NCBI GenBank assembly: GCA_938003985.1
Contig: CALKWZ010000073.1
Span: 6,295-70,294 of the forward strand
Direction: 5' to 3'
DNA length: 64,000 nt
DNA from: an uncultured Verrucomicrobiota bacterium
GTDB taxonomy: Bacteria; Verrucomicrobiota; Kiritimatiellia; CAIQIC01; Lenti-01
Shown here: piece after piece, positions 1-7,692 of the stretch
How the letters are laid out: every line of letters begins with the position of its first letter
How positions within the stretch are numbered: the stretch's first letter is position 1
Made by a program: the position numbers and the translations under genes
The notes under the pieces: generated by a model
The model's database searches: none
What the model was told of the DNA's origin: nothing
Seen by the model: the letters and a program-made list of their open reading frames with translations, nothing else

Positions 1-271
1 AGCCGATGAAGTCGCCCGTCGCGACCGCCCCGCCGGCCATGATGGCGCCGCCCTTGCCGATCGGCCGCGGCTCCACCAGAACGCGCAGCTGCGGATGGCG
101 CGCCTGCAGGTCGCGCACGACGTCGGCCGTGCGGTCGGTCGAGCCGTTGACGGCCACGACGATCTCGAAGTCGTTCCCGTAGCGCTCCGCGAAGTACGGC
201 AGGTAGGCGCCGAGCATCTTGCCGATGCGCGCCTCCTCGTTGTAGGCGGGCACGACGATCGAGAGCTTCAT
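1..271 (-). CDS. Glycosyltransferase family 2 (polyprenol-phosphate sugar synthase-like), partial; C-terminus lies beyond the window start
   Basis: Reverse-strand translation from the ATG at 271..269 gives MKLSIVVPAYNEEARIGKMLGAYLPYFAERYGNDFEIVVAVNGSTDRT..., a classic GT2/DPM1-like N-terminus. The start overlaps the upstream stop as ATGA. Confidence 0.7.
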   Translation of the reverse strand, partial: MKLSIVVPAYNEEARIGKMLGAYLPYFAERYGNDFEIVVAVNGSTDRTADVVRDLQARHPQLRVLVEPRPIGKGGAIMAGGAVATGDFIG

Positions 272-2001
272 TCCTCGGCCGTTTCCGCCGGCGGCGTCCA
301 CGTCGGCATTTCCTTCTTCAGCCGCCACAGCACGAGATCCGTGCCCGCCTGGCCGAAGCCCGGCACGACCTCCACGCGCTCGAAGCGCGTGGCCAGGATT
401 TCCGCGAACGCCAGCCCGTCTTCGCGCGAGACTTCGGCCACCTCGGGCGACCGGATGCTCAGGCTGTAGCCGCTCAGCGCGGCGATGGGCGCGTTGGTTT
501 CGGTCGCGAGCAGTTCGAGCAGCATGTCGCGGTTCAGCACGCCGATTTTTTCGGCTTTCGCGCCCTCCCAGTCGGGATAGTAGCTGAACGGGCCCATTTC
601 CAGGCCGTGCGGCACGGGCAGGTTCGCTTCCACGGCCAGATAGACGTCCTGGGTCAGCAGGTGCGTGCCGCCCTCGGCGACGGTCAGCTCGCGCACCCAC
701 TTGGCCATGTCGCGCAACTGGGCCACGGGGCTCTGCTCGCGCAGGCGCCACCAGATGCGGTCGCGGCCGGCCACGACCCAGCTCTGCGCCAGCGGCGAGG
801 AAAACGCGAAGAGCGCGCAGGTGAGCCACGCCACGGTCAGGATGGCCAGCCGCCGCGCGCTGCGCAGCTCGGGCGAACCGCCGTAGCGCCGGTGTTCCTC
901 GCGCAGCCACCAGCGCGCGCCCGTCGCGGCCAGCGCCGCGCCGAAGATCGGATAGACCGGCACCTGGTAGTCGTCGTAGGGAAACGGCGCGGCCAGATGC
1001 ACCAGCGCCAGCGCGCCGACGGTGAACCACAGGAAGGCGTTGAAGCGCGGCGCGATGTCGCCCGGACCCGGATATTCCGGAGACAGCTCGGTGGTCGGCT
1101 CGTCGGCGCCCGCGCGCAGCAGAACGTAGCGGACCGCCAGGATCAGCAGGAACAGCCCCGCCACCGCCGCCGGATAATAGGCCTGCGCCAGGCGCGACAG
1201 GCAGCCGATCTTGAAGGCGATCTGCGCGAACGCCGTGCCGGCTTCGCGCAGGGAATGGTACTCGATCACGCCGAAGCGGAAGCCGTCGCGGCCCAGCATC
1301 GCGAAGGGCAGGATCGTCAGGCCCAGGCCCAGCAGGCCGCCCAGCCCGAAGTCCAGCCAGGCCCACGGCCGCAGGCGGCGGCGGAACAGCAGCAGATAGA
1401 GCCCGCCCGTCGCCAGCGCCGCCCCGAGGGAAATCCGCGTCGCCGCCGCGCACGCCAGCAGGAAGCCCGCCGCCGTCGCCGCCCGGAAGCCCTTGCGCGG
1501 ACCCACGAACGAGAGCGCCAGCAGCCCCGCGCTCAGGAACAGGCTCGCCAGCGAATAGGTCTTCACCACGGTGGTGAAATAGGACTGGTAGACGTTCGTG
1601 GCGATCAGGATGAAGGCCAGCCCGCCCGTGAAGCGCTGCGCCGGCCGCGGTCCGGCGCGCATCGCCAGCCAAGTGGCGAACAGCAGCCCCAGCGTGCCGA
1701 AGGCCCAGGTGACGCCCCGGCCGCCCAGCAGCCCGAAGCGCCCCACCCACGGTTCGGCCCAGGAATAGACCAGCGGCAGCATCGGCGCCTGCGTGAAGGC
1801 GAAATCGCGGTACGGCACCAGCCCGGCCGCCATCTGCTTGGCCGCATAGAGGTACCAGCCCTCGTCCTGGTTCAGTTCCCCCATCCACACGTTGATGCCC
1901 GACAGGCCCAGCCAGGCGGCGATCACGACGGCCGCCAGCGCCAGATGCCCCCAGCGCCACGCGCGCCCCGCCGGTTCGGCCGCTTTGCTTGCTGCTTCCA
2001 T
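268..2001 (-). CDS. GT-C fold membrane glycosyltransferase, ArnT/PMT-like (GT39/GT83-type)
   Basis: The 577-aa product has an N-terminal TM helix followed by a loop carrying the DE..Y motif (ELNQDEGWYLYAAKQMAAGLVPYRDF) and many TM segments. The start is the ATG at 2001..1999 (MEAASK). The rest of the listed 1141-aa ORF is upstream read-through. Confidence 0.65.
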   Translation of the reverse strand: MEAASKAAEPAGRAWRWGHLALAAVVIAAWLGLSGINVWMGELNQDEGWYLYAAKQMAAGLVPYRDFAFTQAPMLPLVYSWAEPWVGRFGLLGGRGVTWAFGTLGLLFATWLAMRAGPRPAQRFTGGLAFILIATNVYQSYFTTVVKTYSLASLFLSAGLLALSFVGPRKGFRAATAAGFLLACAAATRISLGAALATGGLYLLLFRRRLRPWAWLDFGLGGLLGLGLTILPFAMLGRDGFRFGVIEYHSLREAGTAFAQIAFKIGCLSRLAQAYYPAAVAGLFLLILAVRYVLLRAGADEPTTELSPEYPGPGDIAPRFNAFLWFTVGALALVHLAAPFPYDDYQVPVYPIFGAALAATGARWWLREEHRRYGGSPELRSARRLAILTVAWLTCALFAFSSPLAQSWVVAGRDRIWWRLREQSPVAQLRDMAKWVRELTVAEGGTHLLTQDVYLAVEANLPVPHGLEMGPFSYYPDWEGAKAEKIGVLNRDMLLELLATETNAPIAALSGYSLSIRSPEVAEVSREDGLAFAEILATRFERVEVVPGFGQAGTDLVLWRLKKEMPTWTPPAETAEE

Positions 2002-2088
2002 ATGGCCGCCGATTGTTGCCCGAAGCCCCCGCCCGCCGCAACCCCAAAATGGTTGCCGGACAGCGGGCTCCGCGCTATCGTGAAGCCC

Positions 2089-3828
2089 ATGAACCCACCC
2101 TCTTTCGCCCCCGTCCCCGCCGCGCGCCTCGAGGAATACTCCTCCGCCTGCACGCTCTCGGACATGGAAATCTTCGTTTTTCCGTCCCTGCTCTATCCCC
2201 TCGTCCTCGCCAACCTGATGTCGCCCGCCATCTGGAAATGGCGCGACGACCCGTGGTTCGCCAACTTCGCCAAGCTCACGCCGTACCGCCGCATCTTGCG
2301 TCTGAAGCAGTACGTCATGGACCACTACGCCTTCAACCTCGACCTCGAGACCTGGGGCCTCACCACCCAGGAACGCGAGATGGCGCGCTTTTCCCCGTAC
2401 CTCGCGCCGGAGACCATCGCCCAAAGCAACGCCCTGTTCGGCTACGAAGGCGACAAGTTCTACTTCTCCCTCGACATCCGCCGGCACTTCGGCCTGGACA
2501 AGTACACCCGCGACGTCATCCCGTACTGGAAGACCGAAACCGTCGAAGCCATGGACGCCTTCCGCTACAAGCCCGGGCACCGGACCGGCGCCGGCGAATG
2601 CGTCTCCCTCTCCACCCTCTACGCCGCGGCGCTCTATATCCTCTGCGGCATTTCCCTCGACGACGTCTTTCTCGTCGCCACCCCGCTCCACTCCCAGAAC
2701 TTCGTCGACGTCCACGACGGCATCCTCACCAACAACCGCCGGCTCGTCACCAAGGCCATGTGGTTCAACGGCACCGAACTTTCCGCCAAGGCCCGGCGCG
2801 CGCTCGAACACGAGCAGGTGACCATCGTCGCCCACCGCACCGGCTGGGTCCACGCCGTCTATCCCGAGGCCTCCATCGACCACGCCGCCTACGAGCGCTT
2901 CCGGGCCAAGCTGGGCGCGTTCGTGCGCACGCCCGTCACCTCCGAAATCCTGTTCAATTTCCTGCGCCAGAATCCCGCGCGCCAGAAATGCTTCCAGATC
3001 GAACACGCCTGCTGCGGCAAGCGCCGCTGGATCCCCGCCGAACGCGCCTATGCCTTCGAGAACTCCTGTTCCTTCAAGGTCTCCGACCGCACCCGCGACA
3101 AGCTCCTCGCCGAAATGGACGAGGACGATTTTTTCGCCGAGCCCCTGCCCGACCGCATCCCCCTCAACAAGTTCGACGAATTCTTCAAGCAGGGCCAGGT
3201 CGATCTCGACAACGAAGAAGACCTCCAGCGCCTCGCGCGCGAAGTCGACTGCTACCACGCCGGCGCCTGCGAGATCATCAAGGAACTGCGCGCCTTCTGC
3301 CACCTCGAACCCCGCTGGCCCGACGCCGGCCAGCCGCGCCAATTCGTCCGCGGCCCCGCGATCGACCTGCCGCCCGGCCTGACCCGCGAAGAAATCATCG
3401 CGACCCTCGCAGCGCAGCGCGCCGCCAATCCCGTCGCCGATCTCGCGTTCTACGCTTTCCGCGATCTGGCCCGCACCGATCCGCGCCCGTTCCTCAAGGC
3501 CGCCATCGAACGCTCGCCCGTCTGCGTCGAAGCCGCCAAGACCATGGAACTGTCCATGATCCTCGCTTGCTTGCGCGAAATGGAAGACGAATCCATCTAC
3601 GACTCCACCCGCGCCGCGCAGCCCGACGAAGTCTGGAACGCCCACCGCGGCGACGGCTTCGAAAAAGCCCTCGTCCTCGCCGCCATCCTGCATGCCCGCG
3701 CCCCCGCCGCTTCCTTCACCCTCCGCGCCGCCGGCGAAACCGCCACCTTGGTCTTCGACGGCAAAGAATACCCCTTCGCCACCCGCAAAGGCCTGCAGCT
3801 CGACCTCGCCTGGCCCCTCGCCACTTGA
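2089..3828 (+). CDS. Transglutaminase-like (Cys-His-Asp core) domain protein, hypothetical
   Basis: Start MNPPSF at 2089. The core GAGECVSLSTLYAAALYILCGISLDDVFLVATPLHSQNFVDVHDG matches the transglutaminase-like cysteine protease arrangement C...H...D. It is divergent from the ArnT-like gene. Confidence 0.55.
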   Translation: MNPPSFAPVPAARLEEYSSACTLSDMEIFVFPSLLYPLVLANLMSPAIWKWRDDPWFANFAKLTPYRRILRLKQYVMDHYAFNLDLETWGLTTQEREMARFSPYLAPETIAQSNALFGYEGDKFYFSLDIRRHFGLDKYTRDVIPYWKTETVEAMDAFRYKPGHRTGAGECVSLSTLYAAALYILCGISLDDVFLVATPLHSQNFVDVHDGILTNNRRLVTKAMWFNGTELSAKARRALEHEQVTIVAHRTGWVHAVYPEASIDHAAYERFRAKLGAFVRTPVTSEILFNFLRQNPARQKCFQIEHACCGKRRWIPAERAYAFENSCSFKVSDRTRDKLLAEMDEDDFFAEPLPDRIPLNKFDEFFKQGQVDLDNEEDLQRLAREVDCYHAGACEIIKELRAFCHLEPRWPDAGQPRQFVRGPAIDLPPGLTREEIIATLAAQRAANPVADLAFYAFRDLARTDPRPFLKAAIERSPVCVEAAKTMELSMILACLREMEDESIYDSTRAAQPDEVWNAHRGDGFEKALVLAAILHARAPAASFTLRAAGETATLVFDGKEYPFATRKGLQLDLAWPLAT

Positions 3829-4400
3829 TCAGTTGAAAATCCCCTTTTTTGCCCGCCCAAGCCCGTTTGCGAGGCATTTTTTTTGGCGATTTATTGCCTC
3901 CGCAGGCCTCTCCGGACCCGCCAAGCGCCTGCCCAGCCCTAAAAACCCCCGATTAAGCAGGAAAACAGGAAACACACAGGAAAACAGGATCAAGCCCCCA
4001 TCCCTTCCTGTTTTCCTTCTAAAATTCCCCGTTTTCACGGGTTTAGGCCGATTTTCGGCCGTTTTCGTGGTTTGTGGCCCGTTTGGGACCTGTTTCGGGC
4101 CCGTTGCGAGCCATTTTCGGCCCTGAAAACGCCCTCCGCGGTCATTTTCGTCCGAAAAATGCCTCCCGAGAGCCTCCTTTTGCGAAGGAGGCATTGCGCG
4201 GCGCCCCGAAACCGGCATAAAGCCTCCTTCGCGCTCGGTTCACGCCCGCCCGCCCGCGCCCTATTCCCCAAGCCCGCAGCCCGTTGCGCCATTGACCCAC
4301 CCCCGCCTTTCCGCTATCCTTTTGCCACTCAGGAAGATTCACCCCGCCACGTAAAACCTCCTTGAAGGAGGGTGAATAAAACGGTTCTGCAAAAGGAAAT
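3829..4400. promoter_or_regulatory. Long repeat-rich noncoding leader (570 bp) upstream of the low-GC cassette
   Basis: No credible ORF. Direct repeats CAGGAAAACAGGA occur at 3958-3970 and 3977-3989. At least six (A/G)TTTTCG(G/T) motifs flanked by CC/GG lie between 4029 and 4153. Perfect 8-bp hairpin GCCTCCTT-ttgcg-AAGGAGGC at 4172-4192 and a 5-bp hairpin CCTCC-ttgaa-GGAGG at 4357-4371. Half-site CCACGTAAAA at 4347-4356. SD AAGGA lies 6 nt before the ATG at 4401. Confidence 0.4.
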
Positions 4401-4787
4401 ATGAAAAGCAACTTAATGATAGCACTCGGCGTAGTCGTTGTATTATCGCTTATGGGAGCAACGGTATTTATTGGTCTGCAATCCATGAGCGCTGCACATG
4501 CGGACATCCCCCCGCCGACAGTTAAGACCATTTCCGATTTTCGCTCCTGGCGCCCTACTTTTACCACTGCGCATCTCATTACTTTCGGCTGGTCTAGCAA
4601 CTACTACATTGACAATGACAATGCGCGATACAGCTCACGCGGGCCGCGCACATATGTTTTTAGTACATCGGGAAAATATCTTGAGACGTCGGACCTTACG
4701 GCCGATATGCGCAGCTTTGCATTTGCCGCCAGCAAAGGCGTAAACATTACTAGGGTTAATATTGACGATATACCAATACCGGAATGA
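4401..4787 (+). CDS. Hypothetical small secreted protein (low-GC islet, ORF-A)
   Basis: 128 aa with signal peptide MKSNLMIALGVVVVLSLMGATVFIGLQSMSAAHA and SD AAGGA upstream. Local GC is about 45% against about 70% background. No recognisable family. Confidence 0.55.
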   Translation: MKSNLMIALGVVVVLSLMGATVFIGLQSMSAAHADIPPPTVKTISDFRSWRPTFTTAHLITFGWSSNYYIDNDNARYSSRGPRTYVFSTSGKYLETSDLTADMRSFAFAASKGVNITRVNIDDIPIPE

Positions 4788-4798
4788 ATAATGCGCAG

Positions 4799-4862
4799 AA
4801 CAAGCGGGTCCAGGGTACCCGCCACAAGGTGTCGGATCCCCTGACCCGTGACGTTCGACGAA
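4799..4862 (+). repeat. 64-bp direct repeat, copy 1 (about 94% identical to 5491-5554)
   Basis: aacaagcgggtccagggtacccgccacaaggtgtcggatcccctgacccgtgacgttcgacgaa, located at the ORF-A/ORF-B junction. Imperfect internal dyad (cgggtccagggtaccc / ggatcccctgacccg). Confidence 0.85.
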
Positions 4863-4866
4863 TAAA

Positions 4867-5553
4867 ATGATTATGCGCACAATGGCACATCACCGATACG
4901 CGGCCATCATAGCTGGTGCATGCAACGCTATTATCGCCACTTCCGCCATGTCCGACGACATTCCTTGGATTACGCTTGAGAACATCAGCCTGAATCCAAC
5001 CAGCTTTTATGTGTCCATCAATGTAACCAATACCTGGTCACCATATTATTTCGCCCTGGAGGCATACGAAGGAGAACCTGTGGGGTCCACCGGCGGGGTT
5101 GAGCGAGCCATCGTATCCGATTGGGTGCAAGGAACGGGCTCGGCCTTGGTCTTGTATGACACCTCTGCCCCCTTGTCTCAATCAGGGCGTACATACAATG
5201 TCGCGGTCACTCCGGATATCGGAGGATTCTACATCCTTGGTCCAAACGAAATCTTTGCCCCTTATCCCTTCTTCAGATCGCCCGACATTTCTTCGATCAT
5301 CGTAACGCCAACAAATGCGGGCCAAGTCTTGGCCATCACATATGGCGAGGGCTTGTATACCAATACGGTCTATGTCTTGAGTGACGAAGCCTCGGGGTTC
5401 ATTCGAGTCAAGGGAACCAACAATATCCCGACAAATGCGGTCATCGAGCGCAGCACGGATCCCATTAGATGGGCCACAAAAAAAATGTCGAACAAGCGGG
5501 TCCAGGGTACCCTCCACAAGGTGTCGGGTCCCCTGACCCGTGACGTGCGATGA
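4867..5553 (+). CDS. Hypothetical secreted protein (low-GC islet, ORF-B); C-terminal 20 aa encoded by repeat copy 2
   Basis: 228 aa with signal-like N-terminus MIMRTMAHHRYAAIIAGACNAIIATSAMS and a beta-rich body. GC about 48%. Tail ...NKRVQGTLHKVSGPLTRDVR. The stop overlaps the next start as ATGA. Confidence 0.55.
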   Translation: MIMRTMAHHRYAAIIAGACNAIIATSAMSDDIPWITLENISLNPTSFYVSINVTNTWSPYYFALEAYEGEPVGSTGGVERAIVSDWVQGTGSALVLYDTSAPLSQSGRTYNVAVTPDIGGFYILGPNEIFAPYPFFRSPDISSIIVTPTNAGQVLAITYGEGLYTNTVYVLSDEASGFIRVKGTNNIPTNAVIERSTDPIRWATKKMSNKRVQGTLHKVSGPLTRDVR

Positions 5554-5554
5554 A
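5491..5554 (+). repeat. 64-bp direct repeat, copy 2
   Basis: aacaagcgggtccagggtaccctccacaaggtgtcgggtcccctgacccgtgacgtgcgatgaa has 4 mismatches to copy 1 and spans the ORF-B end and the ORF-C start. Confidence 0.85.
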
Positions 5555-5972
5555 GAACGACCGGAAACTGCTGCGAAAGGTTGGCGCGCTGGCCATCCTG
5601 CTGGGCGTTTATCCGGCGTTTGTTCTCGGCTACTCGTGGAGTTGCGTGCTGCGGTCGGATTTGCGCGGCGGCCGGCATGGCCCGCTCGATGCCTATCGCC
5701 ATGCTCTCGCCAGCGCGGTGGTGGCGTACACGTTGAACGAGTCGGCGGTTGACCTCATCACTGTCCTGTTTGAATCGAAGGGCAAGGACTCCAATCGCAT
5801 GGACGGCCACAACAACCGCATCGGGGCCCGCCTCGGCGCCCACGCCGATTCATTCCGCGACCTTGAACCCGCCGTGCGGCAACATGTTGGGAACGGCGCC
5901 GTCGCTGCGGTCGAACCGGATCAAATCACCTGGTTGCCGGAGAACAAATGGCGCGATGGTTGGATTTGGTGA
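5550..5972 (+). CDS. Hypothetical membrane-anchored protein (ORF-C)
   Basis: 140 aa with N-terminal TM (VGALAILLGVYPAFVLGY). The ATG is embedded in repeat copy 2. GC is intermediate (about 62%). No recognisable family. Confidence 0.45.
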   Translation: MKNDRKLLRKVGALAILLGVYPAFVLGYSWSCVLRSDLRGGRHGPLDAYRHALASAVVAYTLNESAVDLITVLFESKGKDSNRMDGHNNRIGARLGAHADSFRDLEPAVRQHVGNGAVAAVEPDQITWLPENKWRDGWIW

Positions 5973-6005
5973 CCGGTCCATGAAAATGCCATTCCCATAA
6001 TCGCC

Positions 6006-6389
6006 ATGCTCCGCCTCTACGTAGATCAGATCGCGCGGTTGTTTCCGGACGCTTCGAAGGCGGAGCTGCGGTTGCTGCTGGCGGCGCGGCGGGCGATTCT
6101 GAAGGCCGTTCCGGCCTGCCACGAGCACGTCAAATGGGGCGCGCTCTCCTACCAGAAGCCGGACCCGGACGGCGCGATCAAAGGCGGCATCTGCCAGCTT
6201 TATCATTGGCGCGGCCAAGTCCTGGTGGGCTTCGTCCACGGCGCGTTTCTGCCCGATCCCGCGCGGCTGCTGCAAGGCACCGCCAAGGCCAAGCGCACGC
6301 TCCCCATCCCCGCCGCCGCCTTCCTGAAAGACCGGCGTTTTCTCGATCTGCTCCGCGCTTCCGCCCGGTTCGATCCCTGCAAGCCGTAA
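6006..6389 (+). CDS. DUF1801 (YdhG-like) domain protein
   Basis: 127 aa containing HEHVKWGALSY, typical of DUF1801. Confidence 0.65.
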   Translation: MLRLYVDQIARLFPDASKAELRLLLAARRAILKAVPACHEHVKWGALSYQKPDPDGAIKGGICQLYHWRGQVLVGFVHGAFLPDPARLLQGTAKAKRTLPIPAAAFLKDRRFLDLLRASARFDPCKP

Positions 6390-6461
6390 AGCGGCGGAAT
6401 ATCGAAATTGACCTCGAACCGGCGCGGAAATTGCGCTACGAATCCGCGGTGAGGAATCCCG

Positions 6462-7604
6462 ATGGCGTTGCGCGTGTTGATCGTACCGGACAAGTTCAAG
6501 GGGACGCTGGCGGCCCCGGCGGCCGCGGCGGCGATCGCCCGCGGCTGGAGCGAAGCGCGGCCGCAGGATGTTCTTGAACTCGTGCCCATGTCCGACGGCG
6601 GCGAGGGCTTCGGCGAATTGCTGGGGACGCGGCTCGGCGCCGCGAGGCGGACCTGCGCCACCGTGGATGCCGCGGGCCGGCCTTGCCGCGCGGAATGGTG
6701 GGCTGCACCGGAGGCCGGCACGGCGATCTTCGAGACTGCGCAGGTGAACGGTCTGGCCCGGCTGCCGCCCGGGCAATTCCACCCCTACCAGCTCGACACG
6801 TTCGGCATCGGCGCGGTGCTGCGCGACGTCGAACAGGCCGGTCTCCGCCGGTTGATCCTCGGCCTGGGCGGCAGCGCGACGAACGACGGCGGCTTCGGCC
6901 TGGCGCGGGCCTTGGGTTGGATTTTCCGCGACGGCGCCGGGGCGGAAATCCGGTCCTGGACCGAGCTGGACCGGTTGGCTGCGGCGGAACCCCCGCCGCG
7001 TCCGCTCGGTTTTGAGCAGATCGTCGTCGCGGTGGACGTCGCAAATCCCCTGCTCGGTCCCACGGGCGCGACGCGGGTCTATGGTCCGCAAAAGGGCCTG
7101 AAGCCGGAAGACCTGGACCGGGCCGAACGCTGCCTCGCCCGGCTGGCCGCAACGCTCAAGCCGCAACAGGGCCCCGCCGCCGAACAGGAACCGGGCGCGG
7201 GCGCCGCCGGCGGACTGGGCTACGGCTTGAAGGCTTTTGTCGGCGGCGCATTCCGGCCCGGCGCGGCCATCTTCGCGGAACTGGCGGGACTGGATGAAAA
7301 GATCCGGCAAGCGGATCTGGTGATCACCGGCGAAGGCGCGCTGGACGAGCAATCGCGGATGGGCAAAGGCACGGGATTCGTCGCGGATCTGGCCGCGCGC
7401 GCAGGCAAGCGCTGCCTGTGCCTGGCGGGGCGGATTTCGCCGTCGTTCCGCGTTCCCTCCCCCGACGGGGTCGTCGGGGGCGCCAAGGACTTCGCGGCGT
7501 GGGCCATCGTGCCCGACGTCGCGACGGAGACCGAATCGCGCGCGCACCCGGCGGAATGTTTGCGGCGCCTGGCGGCCCGCGCGGCGGCGCAAGTTGTTGG
7601 ATAA
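6462..7604 (+). CDS. glxK: Glycerate kinase
   Basis: MALRVLIVPDKFKGTL..., GGEGFG, GGSATNDGGFG and ITGEGALDEQS are conserved glycerate kinase motifs. Confidence 0.85.
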   Translation: MALRVLIVPDKFKGTLAAPAAAAAIARGWSEARPQDVLELVPMSDGGEGFGELLGTRLGAARRTCATVDAAGRPCRAEWWAAPEAGTAIFETAQVNGLARLPPGQFHPYQLDTFGIGAVLRDVEQAGLRRLILGLGGSATNDGGFGLARALGWIFRDGAGAEIRSWTELDRLAAAEPPPRPLGFEQIVVAVDVANPLLGPTGATRVYGPQKGLKPEDLDRAERCLARLAATLKPQQGPAAEQEPGAGAAGGLGYGLKAFVGGAFRPGAAIFAELAGLDEKIRQADLVITGEGALDEQSRMGKGTGFVADLAARAGKRCLCLAGRISPSFRVPSPDGVVGGAKDFAAWAIVPDVATETESRAHPAECLRRLAARAAAQVVG

Positions 7605-7644
7605 GCCCCCCCGCGGCCTTGGCCGTGGGAGGCGAAGTTGGCTC

Positions 7645-7667
7645 CCCCATGGCGCGAGGCCATGGGG
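7645..7667. terminator. GC-rich hairpin between convergent genes (possible bidirectional terminator)
   Basis: Perfect 9-bp stem CCCCATGGC-gcgag-GCCATGGGG lying between the glxK stop (7604) and the giant gene stop (7693). No T-tract. Confidence 0.45.
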
Positions 7668-7692
7668 CCCGCCCGAACGGCTTTGCCGCGGA

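Noticed and set aside
4799-4862. KpnI (GGTACC) and BamHI (GGATCC) sites inside the 64-bp repeat, as a possible cloning-vector remnant
   Set aside because: The repeat occurs twice with point differences (copy 2 lacks the BamHI site), is embedded in native coding context, and no other polylinker sequence is present.
4799-5554. Integron attC-like cassette boundaries
   Set aside because: No R' core (GTTRRRY) or R'' inverse core at the repeat ends, no intI nearby, and the cassette orientation or spacing is atypical.
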